Shown here one piece after another: positions 1 to 8,395 of a stretch of DNA of 64,000 nt (within the stretch, counting starts at the first letter, position 1; each line of letters opens with the position of its first letter). The DNA comes from an uncultured Clostridia bacterium (GTDB lineage: Bacteria > Acidobacteriota > Blastocatellia > Chloracidobacteriales > Chloracidobacteriaceae), in contig CAZXCE010000001.1 in the NCBI GenBank assembly GCA_964639175.1, forward strand, positions 2,188 through 66,187, read 5' to 3'. The translations under genes and the position numbers were made by a program. Under the pieces are notes generated by a model. It was not told the DNA's origin. It saw only the letters and a list, made by a program, of their open reading frames with translations, and ran no database searches.

Positions 1-252
1 TATGGAGATCGCTATCGGTATGGTGAGAGAATTTCAACTGGATTCGCCGAATCAACTGTCAACCAGGTGGTGAGTAAACGGTTTGTCAAGAAGCAACAAA
101 TGCGATGGACCAGGCGGGGTGCTCACCTGCTGCTTCAGATCCGAACCAAAGTCCTCAATAACGACCTGCGGGAAACATTTTGTCGATGGTATCCAGGGAT
201 GAATCCATCGCGGGATTCATTACTCGATTTGTTGGATTTGCCCCCGGTTTGA
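1..252 (+). CDS. DDE transposase, C-terminal portion (5' end lies outside the window)
   Basis: Frame 1 is open from base 1 (YGDRYRYGERISTGFAESTVNQVVSKRFVKKQQMRWTRRGAHLLLQIRTKVLNNDL...), with a stop at 250-252. From memory the MRW..RGAHLLLQ.R..VLN tail resembles ISKra4-type transposase C-termini; the family is not verified. The 3' ~130 nt recur at 9081-9200. Confidence 0.65.
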   Translation, partial: YGDRYRYGERISTGFAESTVNQVVSKRFVKKQQMRWTRRGAHLLLQIRTKVLNNDLRETFCRWYPGMNPSRDSLLDLLDLPPV

Positions 253-693
253 AACGCTCTCAAAAACACCCATGAAGCATCTGAACTACTGAAGGGATTG
301 GTTACTGGCAAGAATTGGTCACAATGATCAGAAGTCTGATAATAATAGGTAAAACCAATAGGACTTACGCAGAGCTAGTAACCTATTTTGAAATCAATGA
401 GATAGCCTGCTAAATCATTGTCCTGGGTTTTGATGGGGTTTGGTGAATTCTTCCAATTTCATCAGGCCAAATTGAGTTCATCGGAATAGCCCAATATGAC
501 ATAACTTCAATAACCCAAAGGTAATCAGCAGGTTATGGTTACATCCCGCCAGGACCGGAATAAGACCAGGTTATTTCTCATAACCTATTGATTCTTAATA
601 AACTACTTCTTCTGCGTAAGCCCTAAAACCAAAAGACCAATTCATACAACACAAGCTGAAAAGATTCGGTTATCAGACCTGGGTCACTTTGAA

Positions 694-1215
694 TTAAGCT
701 GCTACTTGAAGTCGTTGGTACGCCGCATTGATGCGTTTGGTCATCATTTCGGCCTTTGCCTGCAATCGGGGATTATGTGCGAAGCGATCTGGATGCCAAA
801 CATCTATCAGATCCCGGTAGGCTCGCTTGAGATCAACGGCACTTGTCCCAGGGGACAAGCTGAAAAGACTCCAGTCTGCTGTTCGGTCATCGCGCAAACC
901 TGGTTGCTGAAAATTGTCTTCCTCAAAGACAAAATCGCGAGCGTAAAAAACGGACTCGTCAAATATTGCTTCCAACTGATGCCCCTGGCGCTGCATTTGG
1001 AGCGCGGTCACAGCCCAGAATTCAACCGGGCAGAACCAAACTTTCACCGTTGGTACCCAGCCTCCCCATTGTGTGCCAGTTCGAGATTTGTGATGGCTGC
1101 GCGCAACCCTTAACGCCTGTTTGAGGTTGGCTACGGTATCCAGGTCATAGGCAAATCGAATCGCCACTCCTGGGCCGCGATCCGGCACATCCCCGACAAA
1201 ATAGGCAATCCTCAT
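694..1215 (-). CDS. J-domain (DnaJ-like) protein with an unknown N-terminal domain
   Basis: The C-terminal J domain carries an HPD motif (DLKRAYRDLIDVWHPDRFAHNPRLQAKAEMMTKRINAAYQRL). I prefer the ATG at 1215 (MRIAYFV) because a GGGAGGG RBS lies upstream; the longer ORF to 1356 has none. Confidence 0.75.
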   Translation of the reverse strand: MRIAYFVGDVPDRGPGVAIRFAYDLDTVANLKQALRVARSHHKSRTGTQWGGWVPTVKVWFCPVEFWAVTALQMQRQGHQLEAIFDESVFYARDFVFEEDNFQQPGLRDDRTADWSLFSLSPGTSAVDLKRAYRDLIDVWHPDRFAHNPRLQAKAEMMTKRINAAYQRLQVAA

Positions 1216-1516
1216 AACGACCCTCCCGACGTAGCCTGTCTCCCGCAAAGGCTTTCCAGCGCACAGTTTCCATAGTTTAACGGTCTCAGATTCGTTACAG
1301 CAAGTTGCCACATAACAACCCTGAGCCATCCTGGCCGAGGATGAACTCTGGCACATAACAACGCCTGATGCACCTTAGACTAATCTTTACCCCCAATTGG
1401 AAGATTTCCAACTAAAGTGATTAAAGCAGTTATGAAAAAGCGTTTTGCTGTCGAGATGGTTTTACTTTTATCGGTAAATACAGCAAAATGGCTTACCTTC
1501 CAGACAGGAGAACAGT

Positions 1517-2284
1517 ATGACAGCTTGCCGTATTTACGCTATTGCTCAACAGAAAGGCGGGGTTGGGAAAACCACTACGACTATCAATCTGGGGGCAGCC
1601 CTGGTAGAACAGCAAAAACGGGTTTTATGTGTGGACCTGGACCCGCAAGGCGCCTTGACTGCAGGGTTGGGTATCAACCCTCTTTCATTGAAGCAAACCA
1701 TTTATGATTGTCTGAGAATCCCGAAATCAGATCTTTTGGGAGTTTGTATTGCAACCAATGCAGGGTTGGACTTAATTCCAGCCAACATTGACCTTGCCGC
1801 CGCCGAAATCGAGTTGATTGCAGAGCCTGGGAGAGAACGTATCCTGGGTGAAAAACTCCGGACTGCCTTCAAAAAATACGAATATATTTTGATTGATTGT
1901 CCGCCATCATTAGGGTTGTTAACGCTCAATGCCTTAGCTGCAGCAACTGATGTTCTCATCCCAATCCAAACGCAATATTTTGCCCTACGTGGCATGGATT
2001 TGCTGCTTCAAACGATTGAAAAAGTTCAGCAGCGAATCAACCCATCTCTAAAACTGGCTGGGATATTACCGACGATGTTTGACCAGCGAACTCTGCATAG
2101 CCGGGAAGTGCTGGAGGAGCTGCGATCCGTCTATGGTGACCAGTTGTTTCAAACCATCATTCCTCATACGGTCAAACTGGCTGACAGCAACATGGCAGGA
2201 GAGCCAATCTTAAAAATGTTGTCCCAATCGCCGGCCTCAGAAGCCTATCGAAATTTAGCAAAGGAGCTTATCACCCATGAGTAA
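1517..2284 (+). CDS. parA: ParA/Soj-family partition ATPase
   Basis: Deviant Walker A motif QQKGGVGKTTTTINLGAAL, plus CVDLDPQG and LIDCPPSLG. AGGAGA RBS upstream. Confidence 0.95.
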   Translation: MTACRIYAIAQQKGGVGKTTTTINLGAALVEQQKRVLCVDLDPQGALTAGLGINPLSLKQTIYDCLRIPKSDLLGVCIATNAGLDLIPANIDLAAAEIELIAEPGRERILGEKLRTAFKKYEYILIDCPPSLGLLTLNALAAATDVLIPIQTQYFALRGMDLLLQTIEKVQQRINPSLKLAGILPTMFDQRTLHSREVLEELRSVYGDQLFQTIIPHTVKLADSNMAGEPILKMLSQSPASEAYRNLAKELITHE

Positions 2285-2555
2285 ACGAGTTTCATTGAAC
2301 GAACGCCGAACTGCTGATTTGAAGGGTGTTGATGCCATTATTACAGCCACTGACTCAAAAGAATCATCCCGGCAAGGTCAATCTCAACCATTGACCAAAG
2401 TTACTCTGTACATTCGCTCAGACCAGGTGACAGCCATTGAGGAAATTCAGCTTGCCGAACGGAAGCGCTCAGGCAAGAAGCCTGACAAGTCGGATTTGAT
2501 CCAGGAAGCCATTGACCTGTTAGTTGCCAAATACTCAGAACCTCAGGCTGGCTAA
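2277..2555 (+). CDS. Small ribbon-helix-helix-like partition/centromere-binding partner (ParG-like role inferred)
   Basis: 92 aa. Its start overlaps the parA stop by 8 nt. The C-terminal half (KVTLYIRSDQVTAIEEIQLAERKR...LIQEAIDLLVAKY) has a beta-strand then two-helix pattern typical of RHH proteins. Function is inferred from position. Confidence 0.55.
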   Translation: MSKRVSLNERRTADLKGVDAIITATDSKESSRQGQSQPLTKVTLYIRSDQVTAIEEIQLAERKRSGKKPDKSDLIQEAIDLLVAKYSEPQAG

Positions 2556-2897
2556 ACAGCAAGCTGGATTTACAGCAAAATGGTTTAATGGTTGGCTGTA
2601 CTTATGGCTTTGCAAGTCATTTCCTTAATTTACAACAGTATCCGAGAGATTTCGGAATCAGGTTTAGCCTGGATATATCTTTTCGGAGCATATGCAAAAA
2701 CACCCCATCTGGTTATTCTCAACCGCCACAGACAACTTCACAACCAAGGACTAACCGCAGCGAAACCGCGTTATGCCGCACAAGTGGCTTGTACAGTTCT
2801 TAGAATGGAAAGGGGCATTGCTGCTCCCGATTTACCCGACTACCTCTTTTCGGCAAATCTGCTTGATAAATTTAGCAAAATTTGACAAACTTAAATT

Positions 2898-3248
2898 ATG
2901 AACACGACAAAACAATCATTAGGACAATTTCTCAAGGTTCTTCGGGAAGAGAGGGCCCAAAAACTCCGCGAGGTTGAAAGTGCAACCGGTATTTCCAATG
3001 CCTATTTGAGTCAGCTTGAAGGGGATAAAATCCGACAACCCTCGCCGATTATCCTTGAAAAGCTAGCTGCACATTATAGGGTTGCTTATGGTACGTTAAT
3101 GAAGTTAGCTGGTTATGCAGTGCCAGGCGATGGCCAACACCAATTATCAAGTTCAACATTGGCAGCCCGACTCGGATCTGTCACACCAGCCGAAGAAGAC
3201 GAGTTGGTTGACTATCTTCATTTTCTTAGAAAACGGAGGGGAAAGTAG
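2898..3248 (+). CDS. XRE-family helix-turn-helix transcriptional regulator
   Basis: The N-terminal region LGQFLKVLREERAQKLREVESATGISNAYLSQLEGDK is a classic HTH_3 pattern. The gene ends 8 nt before the next gene. Confidence 0.85.
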   Translation: MNTTKQSLGQFLKVLREERAQKLREVESATGISNAYLSQLEGDKIRQPSPIILEKLAAHYRVAYGTLMKLAGYAVPGDGQHQLSSSTLAARLGSVTPAEEDELVDYLHFLRKRRGK

Positions 3249-3256
3249 TAACCAAA

Positions 3257-4225
3257 ATGAAATGGTCATTTTCTGCGCACCGAGCTTTTAATCGTTGCCA
3301 GCGACAATGGTACTTTCGAACCCTTGCTTCAGGTGGGAGTAGAAGTCGTAATCCACTGGTTCGGGAAGCAAGCAGATTGTCTAAAATTCAAACCATCGAC
3401 GCTTGGCGAGGATCCCTGGTAGATGATGCGATTGACATGTTTGTCGTACCCAGGCTTATTTTTAAGGCATCGATTGAATTGGACCGTTTGTTAGATGCGA
3501 CGAGGGCGCTTTATGAAAGACGTCTCTTGGCTGGACTGGAGCGGAAATCAATAGACGACAAGATGGTTCGATTCCTGGAACTTGAGGAGGGAAATGAATC
3601 CGTACCTCCCGAACGGTTTGGACGTGCCTGGGAGGAAATTCGAGCATCGCTTACAAACCTCTCAACCATGAACAATCTCTTTGATGAGCTTTGGGAAGCG
3701 GAAACATTTGTTTCGCAACGCCGATTGACCTTTTCGTTTCATACCGGGTATGTGACTGCAACTCCTGATTTAATTGCCTTTTATAAGAATCGCCCGCCAT
3801 TGATAGTTGATTGGAAGGTGTTGGCAGGATTTTTATCAAACTACCGACAGCAACTTCATACATACGCATTTGCAGTATCCCGCACTACCCCACACAAAGA
3901 TTACATACAATTCGCTCAACATCTGGCTTATCCTGAAAAAATACGTCTGGCTGAAGCACAGCTACTGACCAATACGCTTCTTTGGCACGAAATTGCCACA
4001 GCGGATATAGAAGGATTACAGAATTGGATTGCTATGGGCATGGACGAAATGGCGCTTGCCCGCGAAGGTGAGTTCAGGGCTTCAGTGAAACCCGAGGATT
4101 TATCAGGTCCTTCCGACCCAGAAACCTGTCAACGCTGTCCTTTCCGGAATCTCTGTTGGGAAAGGCTTAATCCTGGAGAAATAAAGCGATGGGAAAGTTA
4201 CGAACCAACATTTTTCCAATTTTGA
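3257..4225 (+). CDS. Cas4-like PD-(D/E)xK nuclease with a four-Cys (Fe-S type) signature
   Basis: N-terminal Cys in FNRCQRQWYF. Nuclease core TPDLIAF...PLIVDWKV (D...D-x-K). QxxxY motif (QQLHTYAF). C-terminal CQRCPFRNLC. This is the same arrangement as the Cas4/AddB nuclease domain. Confidence 0.8.
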   Translation: MKWSFSAHRAFNRCQRQWYFRTLASGGSRSRNPLVREASRLSKIQTIDAWRGSLVDDAIDMFVVPRLIFKASIELDRLLDATRALYERRLLAGLERKSIDDKMVRFLELEEGNESVPPERFGRAWEEIRASLTNLSTMNNLFDELWEAETFVSQRRLTFSFHTGYVTATPDLIAFYKNRPPLIVDWKVLAGFLSNYRQQLHTYAFAVSRTTPHKDYIQFAQHLAYPEKIRLAEAQLLTNTLLWHEIATADIEGLQNWIAMGMDEMALAREGEFRASVKPEDLSGPSDPETCQRCPFRNLCWERLNPGEIKRWESYEPTFFQF

Positions 4226-6540
4226 ATGTTGACGAATTGCCGATTTGTTGTCGATCCTATCAGGTAAAAGGCTTGCACCCTGGACAAAGAGATTATTGGG
4301 CAAACCGGAAAGCTCTCTCGAAACAGTTGGCATTCAAACTCAAAACACCTGTTGCTATCGTGGTGCGAGATTCAGTTGTTTACGTGGTAATTGATGCAAA
4401 AGCTGATGAACCCGACAACAAATTTCAATTGATTGGCACTGTTGCAACTTTGCACAAAGCGGACACTTTTACTCTCAGTCCGGATGACCAAAGCGCTGAA
4501 GCAAATGAAATCAGGCTTCGCTTTCTCCAATTTCTCATTTACGAACCACTTAAACGGGATCGGAGACTTTGGCAACCAGCACCTGGGGGACCAGTGTTTG
4601 AAAAACACTGTGAGAAACTTGATGGTAATTTGGTTTTGTTTCGAGGGATGAAAATACGGGTCGTCAAACTTCCCAAAGGTGGCCTGGGTGCTTGCATCGA
4701 TATAGTGAGTAAATTTGCCTCAGCCGTCCCCTTACCTTCTACACTGAACAGGGGGGAATTCGAACGAAAATGGAAAAATCGCCCGCTGTTATACCGATAT
4801 GGACATTACTGGTACGAAATTCGTCCAACCGGACTTGACCCACGCGTTGCCTCTGATTATTTCGTTCCGTCAGGTAATAATTTTCTCTCTCTCTTTGATC
4901 TGGTCGACCGTGAAATTGGCTCTACTGGTTCCCAAGCAGGGCGATGTCGCCCTGATTCTTCGGTGGTTTCATATTTGAATGGGAGAAATGAGGAGCGCGG
5001 GGCGATTGCCTGCTTTTGTTACCCTTGTTTTGAGACCTCCGACCAGGAAGTTGATCAAATCCATCACAAAACTATTCTTGAACCTCATTTTCGATTGAAA
5101 CTGACGAAAAAATTCGTCGGCAAGTATCTGGCTAATACCGGGGTTGGGGATTATCGGCTGAAGCTAACAGCAACCCCGACTGAAGTTGAGACCAAGCGGC
5201 TCCAATGGCCTGACCAATTGTTCGGAAATGGAGTTTTGGCTTCGGTTCGGGGAACTTCAGGAGCAGTCCATGCTCACCTGGAGGATTTTGGAAAGTGTCG
5301 CCTGAACTTGCTGAAGAATCCTCAAGCCGGTTTTTTCGTACAGCGCGTTCTTCCGCGTCAATATGTCATCATTCCTCAATCCGTTTGGGATGAACAAGGG
5401 GAAGCTTTTCTGAACGACTTATCTGCTGAGATATCTGCTTTGCTCCCAAAGAGTGAGCGATATGATCCAATTCCAGTTGTATACGAAGATAGGGTGCAGA
5501 GAACATACCCATCTCAGGCAAAAGCAATTCTCGACGCAGCTAGAAAGAATTGTGGTAAATCAGGATATGCCTTAGTGATGATTCATCACGTGGAGGATCG
5601 AAAACTCCGCGACGAAGATCAGCTTGCCGCAGCGGTGATCCGAGAACTTCAAAAGTTGGACATCCGGGCTGCTGTTATTCACTCGTCTACCATCAAAGAG
5701 TGTTATTCAGCCACCAAAGACAAGGCAGGGAAAACGGTTTGGATCAAACCCTCCCATAAACGAGGGAAACTGATTGGTTACGTGCGGAACATCGCTCTCA
5801 ATAAGGTTTTATTATTGAATCAAGTTTGGCCTTTTGTCCTCGCTTCAGAGCCGCATGCGGATGTCGTGATTGGAATTGATGTAAAAGCTCACACTGCTGG
5901 TTTCGTCGTGGTGGGGGGTGGAGGACGTAGTATTCGATGGCTATACAAAACATCAAACCAAAAGGAACAGCTTGCTACGGACCGTGTTCGCTCTACTCTT
6001 TGTGAAATTCTCAGGCAAGAATTTGAATCCAGGCGTGAAGCTCTGGGGAAAATCGTCATCCAACGCGATGGTATCCTTTATGATTGTGAAGCGAAGGGGA
6101 TGAATGAAGCCGTTACACAACTTAAATCTCTTGGAATTGTGAAACCTGATGCGTGGCTGACATTGATTGAAATACCCAAACATCCAAAAGTGCCCTTGCG
6201 TCTTTTTAAAGAAACGCCAAGAGCAAGCGGTTTTCTTTGGGTTGAAAATCCAGAGGTCGGGGATTGCTTTGAAATGTCGGACAGGGAGGGGTTTGTATGT
6301 GCCACGGGCCGATCCTATCTGAAACAAGGGACGGCTTTACCCTTATCAGTTCGAATTATTGATGGACCTCAACCAATCGGGGAATGTTTGGAGGATGTAT
6401 TTTATTTGTCATCGTTGGCCTGGACCAAGCCTGATGATTGTTCAAGATATCCAATTACTGTACGTCTCAACGACCGGTTTTTACGGGATGCGGCTACGGC
6501 TTACGATGCCCATGCGTTGGAAGAGGAGGCAGTGGCATGA
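4189..6540 (+). CDS. Long prokaryotic Argonaute (pAgo), PIWI domain with a putative DEDD tetrad
   Basis: 783 aa. PIWI motifs: VVIGIDVKAH (D564), KEQL (E593), IVIQRDG (D627), YPITVRLNDRF (D762). Also NIALNKVLLLNQVWPFVL (MID/PIWI junction) and LTLIEIPKHPKVPLRLF. GGAGA RBS 9 nt upstream. The start lies 37 nt inside the nuclease gene. Confidence 0.85.
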   Translation: MGKLRTNIFPILNVDELPICCRSYQVKGLHPGQRDYWANRKALSKQLAFKLKTPVAIVVRDSVVYVVIDAKADEPDNKFQLIGTVATLHKADTFTLSPDDQSAEANEIRLRFLQFLIYEPLKRDRRLWQPAPGGPVFEKHCEKLDGNLVLFRGMKIRVVKLPKGGLGACIDIVSKFASAVPLPSTLNRGEFERKWKNRPLLYRYGHYWYEIRPTGLDPRVASDYFVPSGNNFLSLFDLVDREIGSTGSQAGRCRPDSSVVSYLNGRNEERGAIACFCYPCFETSDQEVDQIHHKTILEPHFRLKLTKKFVGKYLANTGVGDYRLKLTATPTEVETKRLQWPDQLFGNGVLASVRGTSGAVHAHLEDFGKCRLNLLKNPQAGFFVQRVLPRQYVIIPQSVWDEQGEAFLNDLSAEISALLPKSERYDPIPVVYEDRVQRTYPSQAKAILDAARKNCGKSGYALVMIHHVEDRKLRDEDQLAAAVIRELQKLDIRAAVIHSSTIKECYSATKDKAGKTVWIKPSHKRGKLIGYVRNIALNKVLLLNQVWPFVLASEPHADVVIGIDVKAHTAGFVVVGGGGRSIRWLYKTSNQKEQLATDRVRSTLCEILRQEFESRREALGKIVIQRDGILYDCEAKGMNEAVTQLKSLGIVKPDAWLTLIEIPKHPKVPLRLFKETPRASGFLWVENPEVGDCFEMSDREGFVCATGRSYLKQGTALPLSVRIIDGPQPIGECLEDVFYLSSLAWTKPDDCSRYPITVRLNDRFLRDAATAYDAHALEEEAVA

Positions 6541-6899
6541 GCGATATGGGGTTAAACTCAAGCCTTTATCTTGAAATGGGGCGTTTGGCAGAAGCTGCGG
6601 ACCGGGCCATTCTTGCTCTGCGTGCTGGAAAAGGATTTCCTCAAGATGACGATTGTTTAGCTTTGGTCCAAATGCTTATAGGTAACAAGCAAGCCAATTG
6701 TCCCAACATTTTTAGAAATTTTTTTCTTCCTTCCATAACCACAACCGGCAGTCCGGGATATTCCTGGAACGATTTGGGAAGTGATTTATTGGTTGGAAAA
6801 ACTGATCATCGAGTAATTGCCGCTTTGGAAATTATTGCCAGGGCATTGGAACGAGAACAAAACCAAACGCTCACCAGAATGAGAGGTTTTAGCGGATGA
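6537..6899 (+). CDS. Hypothetical 120-aa protein, translationally coupled to pAgo
   Basis: The ATG at 6537 overlaps the pAgo TGA (ATGA). Protein MSDMGLNSSLYLEMGRLAEAADRAILALRAGKG... has no motif I recognise. The longer ORF from 6438 would lie inside pAgo, so I reject it. Confidence 0.6.
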   Translation: MSDMGLNSSLYLEMGRLAEAADRAILALRAGKGFPQDDDCLALVQMLIGNKQANCPNIFRNFFLPSITTTGSPGYSWNDLGSDLLVGKTDHRVIAALEIIARALEREQNQTLTRMRGFSG

Positions 6900-8035
6900 A
6901 CAGGTATTTTGATGGTTCAATTTCTCAAATGATTGAGCGTGGAAGGCGACTTCTCGGTCGGATTACATCCGCTAATCCCCCTTGGGAATTGAGACCTTTA
7001 GCAGCGGTTTGCAACCAGAAAATCGAGGAAATCATTACGGAATTTGAAATTTTAGCCGATGATCCAGATCTTCTTCAGCCAGAAAACCAAAATGTACGGA
7101 TAAGAATGTTCCGTCGCGCTATAAGAAGGTTGGATATGTTGGAAAACCGTGCGGTTGCCGCAATTTACCGTCATAAAAAAGACGATATCTACTTAACGCG
7201 GCTACTCGACCAAATCTGTCAGGAAATCCATTATCCTTTAACCCAACCATTTATTTCAGGTCAATCCCAGTCTTACTTCTACATTGATTGTGAGTTAGAT
7301 CTACTTTGCGTGCCCCTCTCCGAATCAGACTTTCTGCTTCACTTACCGGATTTGTATCATGAACTGGCTCATCCACTTCTGTCAGGAAAACACCATCCAG
7401 CAGCAGAATTGTTTTTGGAAGCTGCAAATCATACTCTTGGCGACATTCTGAGTTATTTTGAGCAAGCGTTGGATCGTGAAACAAGGGGATTGAGTCCAAT
7501 TAGGTTGGCCGATCAGTTGTGTGCCTGGATGAAGAACTGGTCTCCTTGGATTGTCGAATTATATTGCGATTTGTTTGCGGTCTTCACGCTTGGTCCCGCC
7601 TATGGTTGGTCACACCTTCACTTGGTCACAAAACACGGCGGCAATCCTTTTCTGATCGATTCAACCGGCAATGCAACTCATCCGGCAGATGATGCTCGGA
7701 TGCAGGCTATATTGCATGGTCTTCGTTTAGGTGGATTCGACAAGCAAGCCGACGAAATTGAGAATCAGTGGGCTTTGTTAATCGATGTAATTGGTACCGA
7801 ACCAGATTCCGATTATAAACGGTGCTACCCAATTGAAATCATCGAAAACATTACTTTGGATGTACACCAGGCTGTCCAAAATTTGGGGTGTCGGATTGTG
7901 ACCCCACAAGTTAATGATCCAATTTATTCATTGCTCAATACTGCTTGGGATGAATTTTGGAAGGATCCCAATGGGTATGTAAATTGGGAAAAACAAGCTG
8001 TTCTTTGCTTGCAGCAAATTGAAATTACTACTTAA
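6896..8035 (+). CDS. HExxH-motif protein (putative gluzincin-type metallopeptidase), family unknown
   Basis: 379 aa with an ATGA overlap to the upstream gene. LYHELAHPLL (H155-E156-x-x-H159), and about 60 aa later WIVELYCDLFAVFTLGPAY (E221), resembling the E-x3-D-x2-A third-ligand helix of M48/ImmA-like peptidases. Confidence 0.7.
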   Translation: MNRYFDGSISQMIERGRRLLGRITSANPPWELRPLAAVCNQKIEEIITEFEILADDPDLLQPENQNVRIRMFRRAIRRLDMLENRAVAAIYRHKKDDIYLTRLLDQICQEIHYPLTQPFISGQSQSYFYIDCELDLLCVPLSESDFLLHLPDLYHELAHPLLSGKHHPAAELFLEAANHTLGDILSYFEQALDRETRGLSPIRLADQLCAWMKNWSPWIVELYCDLFAVFTLGPAYGWSHLHLVTKHGGNPFLIDSTGNATHPADDARMQAILHGLRLGGFDKQADEIENQWALLIDVIGTEPDSDYKRCYPIEIIENITLDVHQAVQNLGCRIVTPQVNDPIYSLLNTAWDEFWKDPNGYVNWEKQAVLCLQQIEITT

Positions 8036-8092
8036 TCGACCATTCTGAATCACCGATTGGTTATTGGGGTATAACCACGATTCGTGCTTATG

Positions 8093-8163
8093 CCGGTAGC
8101 TCCTCATTAACCGTGGAGGAAGAAACCTTTGAAAGAAGAAGGGTCCATCAGTACTCTTGTTAC
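8093..8163. repeat. Direct repeat copy A (~71 bp); partner at 22747-22818
   Basis: ccggtagctcctcattaaccgtggaggaagaaacctttgaaagaagaagggtccatcagtactcttgttac. About 90% identical to copy B, same orientation. Weaker similarity (aaccacNattc) extends ~20 bp further upstream in both copies. Confidence 0.75.
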
Positions 8164-8395
8164 CTAAGAGAGTATATAATTCCATTAAAATCAGCGATTT
8201 ATGTCTGATTTCCCTGATTTCCCAGGGATTATTGATGACAGTTTTTCCGCGCCTGGTCGGGGCTCAGTAGCATCGTTTCATTTTTTAAGCTATGAACGAA
8301 TCTGAGCTATGCCCATAAACTCTTCATAGTAAAAGAATTATTGGTATTTTGGTGAATTATATACCCTCTAAAGAAAGAAGAGAAACAGGAGGTGG

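Noticed and set aside
359-625. Imperfect inverted repeat taggacttacgcagag / cttctgcgtaagcccta (14 of 16 match) enclosing ~235 bp downstream of the transposase fragment
   Set aside because: The arms are short and imperfect in AT-rich DNA. It could be the IS end region or chance, so it is not convincing enough to call a MITE.
706-1113. 135-aa plus-strand ORF overlapping the J-domain gene
   Set aside because: It is antisense to an ORF that carries a bona fide HPD J domain. It has no recognisable motif or RBS.
2588-2885. Two overlapping 71- and 97-aa ORFs in the spacer between the RHH and XRE genes
   Set aside because: They are mutually exclusive frames with no RBS and composition unlike neighbouring genes. 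The region more likely holds regulatory or centromere-like sites. I also failed to find a convincing sigma-70 promoter: TTGACA at 2882-2887 is too close to the ATG at 2898.
4189-6540. Interpretation of the Argonaute as a catalytically dead long-B or short pAgo that merely recruits the neighbouring nuclease
   Set aside because: At 783 aa it is full-length, and acidic residues occupy all four tetrad positions in my manual alignment. I therefore favour an active long pAgo, but this needs a profile alignment.
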